This document shows positions 13,415 through 27,600 of a stretch of 64,000 nucleotides of DNA, in pieces (positions within the stretch are counted from its first letter, which is position 1; the number at the start of each line of letters is the position of its first letter). A model generated the notes under the pieces. That model made no database searches. It worked only from the letters and a program-made list of their open reading frames with translations, and was not told the origin of the DNA. Source of the stretch: Octopus vulgaris (lineage: Eukaryota); assembly GCA_951406725.2 (NCBI GenBank), contig OX597816.1:154256001-154320000 (forward strand), in the 5' to 3' direction. The translations under genes were made by a program, and so were the position numbers.

Positions 13415-14957
13415 CATATATATACATACATACATATATATACATATATATACATACATACATATATATACATAAAACTTAGATAAAACTTAGATATGTT
13501 TTGACCAAAGATTGGTCCAGGCCATGTCTAACTTAATAGCACCACCTGATAGGATTATCTAAATTCTGTTTAAGTCAAGTTTTGTTTATGGTCCATTCAA
13601 GTAATGAGTTTTTGTTGGGTGAGTTGTATCCAATTATGGGTAGTTTATCTGGTATTCCTTGAAGGAATCTATCCAGACTCCGTTTAAAGTTGATGGGATC
13701 CTTTTCCTCTTTGATCTCTTTCGGGACAATGTTAAATAGGGCAGGGCCTGTTGAGGAAAAGAAATTATGTTGCAGTGTACATGTATGCTGTGATCTTGAA
13801 TTGGGCAGGGGACGTATGGCCCGTGGTCCCAGTCTTGGATGAACCTTGAAACTAATGTTCAGGTCGTTTGGGCGAAGTTGGCGGTATATTCTCCACATCA
13901 TACAAATGATGTACCGCTCATGGCGATGCTGGAGAGAGTATATATATATATATACTATTAATTTTAATATCAATTTAAAACCAGTAGTCTAGCATACAAA
14001 AAATCTGAGAAATCAGAGAAAATTCTAATATATGTGTATATTGGCAGGGCAAGACTGCTAGGTAGTCAGCCATATGCTAGAAATAGATCATCAACGATCA
14101 AACTACAAAGAAAGTAATGTGTGTGCAAAGTTTGGTGAAAATCGGTTGAAAACTGCAGAAATGCATATGTACTACACACACATCTCCTTTGTTTTATAGA
14201 TATATATATAGATTACAGTACCACTCCTACTGTAACCTGCTTACATTACCTGACATTAAAATGTATTGACATTTGTGAGTTAAGTGACCTCTGCAAACAA
14301 TATAATACCATCAATGAAATATGAACCAAACTGACTTGGCAGTTTTTCTCAAACTCCTCTATCAACAATTTACATTTATTTTCTTTGCATTACTGGACAA
14401 GCACAACTTGAAAATTCAACTGAAAAAAGAAAGTTCAGTGAACACCAGAACCAAATTCGAGTAGCAAGCACTAACTGCAGTGAATTATTTTAGCGCGCCG
14501 GAACTAAGACATTTGAAATTTTATCCCTAATGTAATCGGTAAAACTAAACACATGTCTGTTTTAGCACAGAAAGCTGGGGTTATTTTTTTCAGATTGCAT
14601 TTACACTGAACGATTGTACTGATGAGGCCACGGACATTTGAATTATGTAAGTAATTCTTTTGTTAAAGGCCAAAACCGAGGTATGCAATTAATTCTGTTT
14701 TTTATATAAATTTTCATCTGTCCTGCCCACCAAATTTGGTTCTGGTGTTCACTGAATTTTTCCTCTAGAGAACTTTCTTTGTAGTTTGATCGTTGATGAT
14801 CTATTTCTAGCATACGGCCGACTACCTAGCAGTCTTGCCCTGCCAATATACACATATATTAGAATTTTCTCTGATTTCTCAGATTTTTTGTATGCTAGAC
14901 TACTGGTTTTAAATTGATATTAAAATTAATATTAATTTATCTCCCTCATTATTTAAA

Positions 14958-15017
<60 letters not shown>

Positions 15018-15253
15018 CATATATATACATATACATACATATATATACATATACATACATATATATACATATACATACATATATATATATATACACATAT
15101 ATATACATATACATATACATATATATACACATATATATATATACATATACACATATATACACATATATATATATATATACATATACACATATATATATAC
15201 ATATACACATATATAAATACATATAAATACATATATACATATATATATGTATG

Positions 15254-15288
<35 letters not shown>

Positions 15289-15369
15289 GTATGTATATAT
15301 ATATGTCTATATATATATATGTCTATATATATATATATATATATATGTCTATATATATATATATATGTC

Positions 15370-15413
<44 letters not shown>

Positions 15414-15612
15414 TGTGTCTGTGTTTGTCCCCCTAGCATTGCTTGACAAGCGATGCTGGTGTGTTTACGTCCCCATCATTTAGCAGTTCGGCAAAAAGAG
15501 ACCGATAGAATAAGTACTGGGCTTACAAAGAATAAGTCCCGGGGTTGATTTGCTCGACTAAAGGCGGTGCTCCAGCATGGCCGCAGTCAAATGACTGAAA
15601 CAAGTAAAGAGT

Positions 15613-15653
<41 letters not shown>

Positions 15654-18600
15654 CATACATAAAACAAAGATGAAATGTGGTTTGATAATTGCTCAGTGAA
15701 TGCAGATAAGTTGTTGGAGTGCTGGGACCAGGACAAACACCACAGTGTCCCACAGACCCCTACATCAGTTCCAGCTCAAGGCCAGCAAGTGATAAAGTGG
15801 CCTCATGCCTCTGATAAAGCATGGTCTACGATGGACGAGGACTTGTCTGCGGCTTTCTGCATGGTCAAAGGTAATTCAAGCAGGAAAGTCTGAGTGCTGG
15901 GAGAGATGATTAGTGATTATGGAGTGCTGAACTTTGGTGTACATGATCTGACTGAAAGACCTACAGTTCAGATGAAAGAATCCTGGAGGAGAAGAGCTAT
16001 CCGTGAACTTCAAAAGGACGCAAGAAGGTTATGAGCAGTATTGTGAGAAGATCGTTCCAAGGTTGAGATTGAGATCTTCCAGTGTGAAACTCACAAGATC
16101 AGGAAGTTGAGTAGAGCAGAGCTTCATGCCAGGAAATGGAAGGAAGCTGCAAAGGCCTGGAAAGCTTTCACTGAAAATCCTTTTCACTTTGTTAAATGGC
16201 TGTTCGAGGAGAAACTAGTGGTGTGCTGAGTGTTCAGCAGCAAGAGCTGAACAACCATCTCAAGCAAACTTATTCTGATGCCAACAGAGGAGCTGAATTT
16301 AAACATCTACCAGGGCTGAACAGACCCAACCCTTCAGGTGCATAGTTTGATACTTCAATGGTCAAATTCAAGGAAGTTCAGGAGGTGGTGGGCAAAGCAA
16401 GGGCTGGTTCTGCTGGTGGCCCTAATGAGGTGACATATGCAGTGTACAAGAATTTTTCGAAGTTACTGAGGTGTTTGCGGCAATCGCTGGTTAAGATATG
16501 GGAGCGTAGTTAAGTTCCTGAGTATTGGTGTAGGGCTGATGGGATTTATATACCCAAAGAGGAAGACTCAGTGACACTTGGTCAGTCTCGCCCTATCTCT
16601 TTGTTGAATGTTGAGGGAAAAGTCTTCTTCACTGTCTTTGCAAAGGGGCTCACAACTTACTTGCTTGCCAATGGCTTTGTGGACACTAGTATACAGAAAG
16701 CAGATATCCCAGGGTTGCCAGGATGCCTTGAGCATGTCTCAATGATTGAGGCTAAGATCAAAGAGAAGAAAGCATTGCGTAAGGAGCTGCATGTTGTATG
16801 GCTGGATCTAGCAAAAGCATAAGGTTCTGTGCCTCATAACATGATACAGGAAGCCTTGGAGTTCTTCTGTGTGCCCCAGAAACTCCAAAGCGTTCTATCT
16901 ACATACTTTGACCAGTTCATGTTTCAATTCTCTGCTGCAAGGTATATCACTGAATACATTGGTCTAGAAAATGGGACTGCAATGGGTTGTGCCATCTCCC
17001 TAATCCTCTTTGTGTTGGTTAAAGAGGTCATACTGGGGAGCTTAAAGCCTGAGCACAGGTTCGACCAAGGAGAAGTAAAACTGAAGGCATTCATGGATGA
17101 TCTTTGTGCAGGATAATATCAATGTTGCCAGAGATATTTTGAATAGATTGTCTGAACTGATCAGCCGGAGTCAGATGGCCTTTAAACTGAAGAAGAGCAG
17201 AACTCTTTCACTGAAGGGTGGATCGCTCACAAATTTGGTCTTCAGCATCGGTGGAAAGCAAATACCAACTATTTGTGAGCAAAGAGTCAAAAGCCTGGAA
17301 AGATGGTACAGTTTTCCCCTTACAGACAGACATCGAGGTGTTGAACTGCAGAAGCAGGCAGAGACAGGGTTAAAAAGCACTGATCAAGCAAGTTTGCCAG
17401 GGAAGTTCAAGGTGTGGTGCATACATTTTGGGTTGCTCCCAAGACTGTTGTGGCCCATAACTGTGTATGAAGTTTCTCTAACAAGGATTGAAACAATTGA
17501 ACATAAGATCAATAAGATGGTAAGGAAGTGGTTGGCCTTTCGAAGTGCCTTTCATCTATCACCCTTTATGGCAACCAGGGTATGCTCCAGTTGCCTCTGA
17601 CATCACTAGTGGAGGAGTACAAGGTCTCTAAGGTGCGTCTGCAATCAATGCTGTCTGAGTCAAGGGACACTGTGATCCAAGACAATCCACCAGATTTGAA
17701 CACTGGTATGAAGTGGAAGGTCACTGAGGTGATGTAGCAGCTTGATGAGATGGTCCAGCATGCTGAAGTGTATGGAGTGATGATAGATGGTAGGGCTGGT
17801 GTGGGGCTTGTCAAGAGAGAGCGGTTATGGTCTCAGTCAAGTGAACAAGAACAGTGGAAGCTACGTTAACAACAAGTAAAGCAGCTGGAAGGTGAGAGGC
17901 ATCTGTGTCACGCAGCGCAACAAACACAGCAGGGTCAGTGGATGAATTGGGATGATGTCGAAAAGCTGGAGTTGAAGTGGTTTGATTGGTGGCGGTTGAG
18001 TGCAGGACATTTGAAAGCTCTGATCCAGACTGCATAAGATGTGCATCCGTCTCCAGAAAATCCCAAAAAATAGGGTATCTAAGAGAGTTCACAGTGCCAC
18101 TTGTGTGGGAAGCATGGCAGCCTCCAACACATGCTATCAGTTTGGATGATATACATTTAGACATAATTTAATACTAAACGTTGTTGCTTCATATATATGC
18201 ACACACACACATACATACACAGATATGCTTGTGTGTGTGTGTGTGTGTGTGTGTATAAACTCACAAGGAAGTCAATTGGTAGACAGAACATACAAACCCC
18301 TTTTGAGCATATAAAGCTGTAGAAGAAAATAGCCTGAGTGAAAAAATTTGAGCTGCTTTAGGACAACTTTTTCAAATGCATGATCGCTCAGAGGTGTGGT
18401 TGAAATCTCATTAGTTAGTAATAAAATCTTACTGGCTGTATGTAGCCCATAGTGGACATTTGTATGCATGCACAATTGCACACACAATGCTTTTTGATAG
18501 AGGAAGAAGTGTAAATAGTGTATTTAAATAAATGGAGTGCAAAAAGTTTTAAACAAGTAATGTTGTTGGGAGACTGTAGAAATACTGTAAAAACAAAGAT

Positions 18601-21600
18601 ATTTACACACGACAAAATTAAAATACACTGAAGTCAATTTTTAGGCAAATTTGGCAAAACTGAATTTAAACACTCTGGGTGAACAAAAATGAAAAATAAC
18701 TAAATTATTTTTCAGGGAGAACATACAAAAACCATAATAGATTTTTAGGCATGACTAATTGAAATACACGGAAGACAATTTGTAGACAGAAGTTAGTGTG
18801 TGAGTGAGTTAGAGAGAGAAAGAGAGAGTGGAAGAAACAAACAGACTAAAAGAGAGGAACTGTTACAGAGGGTGAGAGAGAATATGTGTAAGCAACAGAA
18901 ACAGAGACTAAGAAAAGAGAGAGGAGAAAAATACAGAGAGAGAAAAGGGAGTGAATCAGTTGAAAACTGTAGAAGTGTTTTGAGAAAAACCCATGTAAAA
19001 TACCGTTTTTCTTGGTTTCTTTCTTTACATGGGAGCTCTGGGTAAAATGTTGTAGTGCATGACCATTCTTGGCACATAAGTAATGTGTGTGCAAAGTTTG
19101 GTGAAAATCAGTTGAAAACTGCAGAAATGCATATGTACTACACACACATCTCCTTTGTTTTATAGATATATATATAGATTACAGTACCACTCCTACTGTA
19201 ACTTGCTTACATTACCTGACATTAAAATGTATTATGACATTTGTGAGTTAAGTGACCTCTGCAAACAATATAATACCATCAATGAAATATGAACCAAACT
19301 GACTTGGCAGTTTTTCTCAAACTCCTCTATTAACAATTTACATTTATTTTCTTTGCATTACTGGACAAGCACAACTTGAAAATTCAACTGAAAAAAAAAT
19401 ATTATTCAGATGTAGGTTTGAATAATCTAGTAAGTCATGTAATATTTGAGGTTGACAACAAAGACTATAATTGTATTTGCTAATATATTAAAGCTGAATA
19501 TAGCCAACTGTATCCCAGTTCCCCATGGCTTAGCTAATATGCTATACATTTCAAAAAATTTCTCGAATGCCAGTAAGATTATTTATTTTTATATTTTGTT
19601 GGAGTAAAGTCCTTATGACCATTTAGTGACCTTAAATGTAGTTGATGTTAAGTTTCATTTTCTGCATGACGACCATCCTCATCCTAGCCATCATCATCAT
19701 TTACTGTCCATTCTTCCATACTAGCATGGGTCAAGCGGAATTTGTTGAGAGATTTTTTTACAGCCAGATACCCTTTCTATCACCAACTCCCACCTGTTTC
19801 CAAGCAAGGTAATATTTTCCCATGGCCAAACATGTTTCTCATGGAAGACAAGAAACGAACAACCTTACTTGTATGACAATGATGCTCATTTACAACCACC
19901 ATTTACCGTCCACTGTCCATTCTGGCATGAGTTGGACAGCTTGACTGAGGATTGGCAAGCCAGTAGGTTGCACCAGGCTCCAATCTGATCTGGCAAGGTT
20001 TCAACAGCTGGATGCCCCTCCCAATGCCAACCACTCTGAGAATGTAGTGTGTGCTTTTTGTGCGTCACTGGCACAGGAGTCAGTCAGGCAGCACTGGCAT
20101 CGACCACGTGCAGATGGTGCTTTTTAAAATGCCACCAGCACAGGGGGCACTGGCATCAACCACATTCAGATGGTGCTTTTTACATGCCACCGGCACGGGA
20201 GCCAGTCAGATCACATGATATCTAGACAAGGGTACACACTTATACATGCAATGTTTTAAGAACAATACAAATGAAAAGGAGGGGAATTCTAGATGACTAG
20301 TTCCAGAAAGGGATGATTTTTCAAAGTCTTTACTACTTGATCTGAGAATAAAGATATAGTAGGGGTGCTGAGAAAAATAGGGACAGGTGTGTTGGGTGAG
20401 CCTGGTTGGAGTGGGTTTACAACTATTTAGTTCATAAAAGCAAAAGCCATTGTGATTGTCACAAAAGGAACAGAGAAAAAATGCACCTGTGAGCTAATGA
20501 CTGAATCATGCTGGTAAGAGAATGTTTGCCATTCAGCTAGATGGTTCTATTTGGATGTGATCTGGGATGTATGTACATCCAGTGGTAGCATCACAATCTC
20601 AGATATGTGAGCAATGCTCCCAATATGGGTTTTATTTGAACAAAACAAAATCAATTACAGATAAATCATAGCCAGATTAATATGTTTCAAGCATGTTTCT
20701 CACAGATATGAATTCTAATATACATGAGCCAACATGGCAGCCTTCTACTTGGTCACTCAACCTGCTAAAGGTAGCAGGCAAATCTCCCCCAAATCACCCC
20801 ATACCACCTTCTGTAATGATAGAACACATTAAATAATTTATTTCTACACACGCTGTAAAAGATAGGATGGTCATGGCTACATAAACTTCCATTATAGTTT
20901 GACCTGAGGCTAAACAACAACAATATCTGATATGATTTTCATCTGGTCAACTGGCAAATGGTTGATAAAAGAAAGTGATGTATTAATATTAGGGAGATGA
21001 AAGCCATGTTGTATCAGACAAGGATTCCTTATGCTTCAATCCATTTGGAAACACTGTTTCATGAGGCTTATTATTTGTGCTTGTATACCTACTAGGCACA
21101 AAAGCACATGGCTTAGTGGTTAGAGTGTTGGGCTCATAATGATGAGGTAGCAAGTTTGATTCCCAGACTGGGCTGTGTTGTGTTCTTGAGCAAGATACTC
21201 TATTTCAGGTTGCCCCAGTTCGACCAGCTGTAGAAATGAGTTGTGATGTCACTGGTGCCAAGTTGTTTGGCCTTTGCCTTTTCCTTGGATATCCTCAATG
21301 GCATGGAGAGAGGAGACTGATATGCATGGGTGACTCTGGTTTTAAATAAACAGCTTTGCCTGGACTTGTGCCTTGGAAGGGAACTTTCTAGGGCAATCCC
21401 ATGGTCATTCATGACTGAAAGGGGTCTTTACTTTTTACTTTTATACATACTAGGTAGTTCTTATGCTAGCTTCTCTTCCTCACTACTTCTCAACAACATA
21501 ACTGGAAGGTATTAAGAAAAAATCTGTGCTCTGTACAGTGTGAAATGTAGTAAACCTGAATTAACAAAACAAAGACAGATTCCACCTGAGCCTATTTAGG

Positions 21601-24354
21601 TAATGAGTCAACAAACTAATAATTTGATGAAAATACTTACCATCTTTGCCTGCCATGTATTTAACATCAGAAATGAAAATGTTTGGGAAACCATCATCGA
21701 AGCTGCCCCAGTTAATGGTTTTGCGTAACTGAACTTGCCGTTTGATACGTCTAGATCTTTTAGCTGCCTAAGAATAAATAGAATGCTTTAAGTCAATGAA
21801 TATGCATAGGCTGTAAGGAAGAATGAAGAAGAGGGGGAAATATACTAAAACAGAGAGAGGAAGATGGCGAGAGCAGAAAAATTGTTTCCTTTTAATCAAG
21901 ATAAAGTCATTCTTAGTGTGCAGCTACAGCAAAGTCAAATGGTTCTCTGAGACAGCCTCTTGAGCTAAAGAAAAAGGCTCTAGGATGTATTTAAACCTTC
22001 AAGAAATAGCAACTAAATCTCCTTAAATCACTCCTGTGATCCTAGATGCACTATACTTGAAAGTAAAATGAAATGGTCACAGCTGGGATGCCTTTAAATA
22101 TGTCTACTTAAACAATGAAATACGAATTTGAACCTAGTGAGACTTAAACAAACTGAGAATCTACAGGAACAAAATGAAATACTGTAGGGCATCTTTCAAA
22201 TGTCAAAAAATAGACATGGCTTTACCATGTGTGTTTCTTAACTCTACTGGCCTAAAGCCTATAAGAGATAGAAATACTGAAATGTGTGTGTGTGTCACCT
22301 ATACAGGCCATACTGTTGGATATGAGCAATAGTCACAATTCACCTCCATCTTCACCCAAATCAATTAACTAAATCATCTTCCTATCATTGAGGAGTCCTT
22401 CTAAGTCGTCTTCTCTAAACTTTTGGTACCACTTGGCAACTGCATGGGTTCATCCGTTGTCTGCAAACCTTTTACTGTATCTGGTCCATGTCTAGAAATG
22501 GTCATCAGAGACACTGACAGGACAGGTAATGTGAACATCAACTGCAAACTGCTAATACACTACCAATTCACAGATGACATTATCCTCAACACCTAAATTA
22601 CAGATCAGCTACGGACAATGCTGGCAGGACTGGACACTCATAGCTTGGCAGTGAGCCTTAAAATGAACCACATGAAAACAAAATATTTTTCAGTCGGAAG
22701 ACATAGTACAGGGCTGAATAGAGACGACTAGTTCTGACAGTGTTCCATCATCATTCACTCAGACAGTGCACTCCAAAAGTACACTCGTTCTCTATAATGT
22801 ATTCATTTTTTTTCTGTATGGGGATCTATTGCAACTAACGGAAACGCAGTATTTACTCCATTGTATCAACCACAATACTTAGTCAAGTACAGATTTTATT
22901 AACCGATGAACTGAATAACCGCGTTATTTTTGCGGTTACTTTAGAGTTACCTCCCCTTACACAGTATACCCTACAACGATTTTTAATTGATGTATTACAG
23001 AAAGATATGAAGAGGATCGATTGCAAAACGCAATAAGCGCTAAAATAATGATTTTGTAGATGTTATTATCAATCTATTGTCCATGGAAGCGGGAACGTTA
23101 CTGCATAATTAGTTTTTTTTGCACTACGAATCATATCTCCAGCATATTTGTGTTAAAAAGTAACTTTTATAGCAAAACGCAATAAACACCACTAGTCTTT
23201 CGCATATCCACCTGGCCAATCAGGGTGCTCGATATGTCCAACATAGTGGGCCCCCTAGAAAAGAAGAGCGCTACCACAACAAGCCTTAGCCTGCATAAAC
23301 TATACAACGCGTACGTACGTACATACAAGGTATAATTTTAAGGTTCATACCTCAGTCACAGTAACTAACGCATCAGGACAGTCACGTTCATGTTCGAAAG
23401 TTTTTATTTCTTTGGACTCATGCATGAATTTCCAGGAAAATTAATAGTTTTGATGTTCTAGAAGAGCAGCAGGAATTGTCCCCTGCCCCAAGGAAACGCA
23501 GAATGTGCAAGGGAAATCATGAGCGAGAAAGACTTAAGCGAATGCGACATTCGGGTTTAGGTACTGTGCCTCAATTGGGCTGCAGACATACCATACTACA
23601 AAATGAACATTGTCATGCTTTTCTTCTTTCTCCAACCGATCTGGTTTTTAATCAAGCCAAATTTTACGAAAAACCAAACAAGGTGATTCAGGAGGAGTTT
23701 ATTTTGAACTTAGTGGAAATTAATTAGCTGCCCAAAACGACGTCGTGGTGAGCAACAGGAAAGACACAGAAGTGTGGATGTAATGTATTTCATGTTAACA
23801 GTGGATCATCCAAGGAAGATTAAAAGTCTGCAATGAGGAGACATTTGTTAAAGTTCTCTGTAAGTTGACACAGACATTTCATTATAAATCTCAATAAAGC
23901 CTTAATCTGAAGTTAGAAATCTAAAAAAGTTAGATAGATACGTCTAGGATGTTAGGAATAAGATTGATCAACTTGAAACCAGCAGGAAATGACAATAGAT
24001 TTAGTCAAAATTCAAAACATCTTTCCTTGTACCGTAAAATATCGCTGACTGTTACTCAGCATTGCTTTCCTATTTCATGTTTGGTATCACAAACATACCT
24101 TGTAACTGCAGGGCACTATGAATGGTGAGTTCTTATTGCCAAAAGGCTAGGGCCAAGACAGCCTGTCAGAGGCACAGTGCCAGCAGTACTCTGGTGTACG
24201 CTATGATATGCGGTATGTATTGTTCGTGTAACGCAGTGAACGCACCCAGCCCTAGTCTAGGGCCGAGGCCTAAACTTATGTATGCGCTTGACATTGTATG
24301 GTTGGAGGAGTGGGTCATATAACCGGACACTTAACTTAAGCCTTACAATAATTA

Positions 24355-24420
<66 letters not shown>

Positions 24421-24554
24421 GTCACAGGCGTAAGAAACTTGCTTCCAGGTTCAATCCCAGTGCATGGCACTTAGGGTGTTTTCTACTATAGCCTCTACTA
24501 TAACTAAAGCCTTGTGAGTGGATTTGGTAGATGGAAACTGAAAGAAGCCCAATC

Positions 24555-24601
<47 letters not shown>

Positions 24602-27600
24602 GTATCCCAGAAGTCGCACACCATTCTGTTTTCTATTAAAAATAATTAATGTAATTTTTTTTTTCTTGTTTATTTATTTTCTGTCTTTCGGATTGAATTA
24701 TGGCTAATAAACTACGAGTAGAAGAAAGAGTTCAAATACTTTTCATGTTTGGAAGAGATGAGGCAACACACCACCCAGTAGCTGAAGAATTCAACTGCAA
24801 ACACCCTGAGTGAGAACCATTGAGCCATACTACTGTCTGCGGTTTAATCAAATGTTTCCAAGAAAGTGGCTCAGTTGCTGACCATAAGAAATATAGGCGA
24901 CCAAAGAGTGTAAATGATGAAGAAACATCCACTATTGTTTTGGCAAAAGTGGCTCGTAGTCCTATGAAATCAGTCAGAAGAGTAAACCAGGAGCAAATCA
25001 TCAGTGTATCATATTCTCAAGACTCACAAATTTCATCTGTACAAAGTGCATCTTGTGCAAACACTTCATGGTGATGACAAAGATAGACAATTGGAAGTCA
25101 GTGAATGGATTTGCGCACATAGAGATTCTTCAATATTCTTCAGTGATGAAGCCAGCTTCCATTTGAATGGCCAAATAAATCGGCATAATATGCGCTATTG
25201 GTCAGATAACAATCCACATTGGAATGAGGGGGGACACCATGAGAATAAACCAAGGATTATGATCTGGGCTAGAATATGGGAAGAGAAAATCACTGGCCCT
25301 TAGTTTTTTAACAATAATATCACTGGTGAAACCTATTTAGAGCTCTTGCAGACCTTCTTGTTTGACTACCTTGAGGATGTTCCATAATTCAACGCAAAAA
25401 CTTTTTTCAGCAGGATGGAGCTCCAGCATACTTTGCTAATTGCATGCATAACTACTTAAACCAGACCTTTCCTAACAGATGGATTGGACAGATAGGTTCC
25501 ATGGAGTGGCCAACCTGATCCCCAGATCTTACTTCCCTTGACTATTTCCTCTGGGGACATCTCAAATCTGTTGTGTGCCAGAATTGTCCGTGCACTCTTG
25601 ATAATTTGAAGGATGCAAAAACAATTGAGTGCCAAAAGATCACCGTTTCCACCATCAGGAGTGTGAAAGACAGTTTCATAAAGAGAATTGATGCATGTTT
25701 TACTGTAGAGGGTGCTCAATTTATGCATTTGTAATGAATAATTTCAATAAAGTGTTTTTGAAATCAATAAAGGTGTATTTTTTTTTAAAAACCAGGATGA
25801 TGCATGATTTCTGGGACACCCTGTATATATATATATATATATATATGAAATTTTAAAAAAACAGCAGTTTGCAATGTTTTACCAAAAAGGAAAACTATAA
25901 TTGTCACTAAATGCAACTAGGGTGTTATAAATACCTACATTGCTAGAAATCAGAGCTAAAATGCTTTAATGCTGTAGTCAAAGCTTGTATGCGATTGCTC
26001 AGTCTGCTAAAAATAGCAAACAAATTGCCTTCAAAAAGACACGTCACTCAAGTTTGGAACACTTTTAATTATGGATCTGCTAAATTAGGGTTGACCTGAA
26101 AGTAAATAATTACAACCACTAACCACATTACTTTGTCTAAAGCATTCCTTCTCAAGGGGATATCTTGTTAGGTTAAAGAGCCTTTATACACAGTATGTTT
26201 ACTACATCATCTCGCATCTTATAGGCCTCAGAGTTAGCAGAGTAGTGGACGGGACTGACTTATTTGATACTACTTGCTGTTGAGCTATAAAGTTTTTTTG
26301 TTTTTTTCCAAAAGATTAAGGAAACTCACATTTTTAAAAATTACTTCTTTTTCTTTTTCTCCACTCAGAAAACAATAATTTTTGTAATGTCTTTGATGTT
26401 TGTATATTCACATTTGCATTTCTTTCCCATTATCATTATCAGAGTTTTGCATGAAATATGTAAATATAAATATTAAATGTTACTTACTAAAGATGATGTT
26501 AATCCACACAGTGAGGTTCCTTGTGAATCATTTTGTGAATTGTCATTCATTATTTCAGGGCTACTGCATTCCTAATAACAATAATTGATTTTAGCAGTAG
26601 AAGAATAGGCTCAAAGAATTGGAAAATGACAGAAAAGCAGGACTGTTTGTTCAAATGTAGAATACGCAATGATATAGATGAGACTAAAACTCACATTATT
26701 TCAAAATGCTTACAGTTGACTTAAATACAAAAGTGTAGGCAATAATTAATTAGAGCTTTTGTAATAGGCCTGGCTTTACATGCACAGAAAAGAGCTATAA
26801 TAATTTTGTGGGTACAGAAATTAAAGTCTTCAAAAACAATTAAGTAAAGCTGTCATGAGACTTTCCTATAAAAAGTGAATGGAAAATAGAATACAAGCGA
26901 GATAATGTAGTTGCTGATAAGAAGCTGAATGTGTGTCTTGTTTCCTTTAGTCTCCTTCTTATGCAGGTTCCTTCCACTTAGATCACTTTGCATTTCTTTA
27001 CCTAATGGTCATCTTCTACAAATGTTGGTTTCCAGTATATCTGATATCGTTGTTGGTAACATCATATGCATTATGCTAACATAGTTCAAACATCTCAACC
27101 CAAGCAGAATCCCCTACAACAACTATAACATCTACAGCAGTAACCTCTAGAGCCAAAACATATTGAAACAATGAGAGCAGACATTTCATGGATCAAGCAT
27201 TGATATCAAATGATCTGACAGGCAGCCATTTACCACTAACACAAAGCAGGTGTCATTATATAATGTAGGGATCTAACCCCTGAACATGACTGAAAGTGGT
27301 TGTGTGTAGTATATATACTTGGTACTAGTTACTGACCACACTGAATACTTTAGATTAATCCATTAGCATGCCACCAAAACTAGAGCTATGATGTAACACA
27401 AAAGGCAGAGGTTTTTTGGAGAGATTCATCAAATATTGCACAGGCTTATGTGAGCTCAAAAACATGGCCTATAACAAGCACCAAAATCTTTGAATTTGCA
27501 TCCAGCAGAAACATGGGTTTAAGACTATCTATAACACACTACATTTGCATCCTTTCTCGTCAGAGAACCACATAAATGGGAATTCTTCCACTCTGCAGCC

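Noticed and set aside
13128-15483. Many Y/I/H/T/C/V-rich ORFs (also near 8000 and 42300)
   Set aside because: Translations of TA/CA microsatellites.
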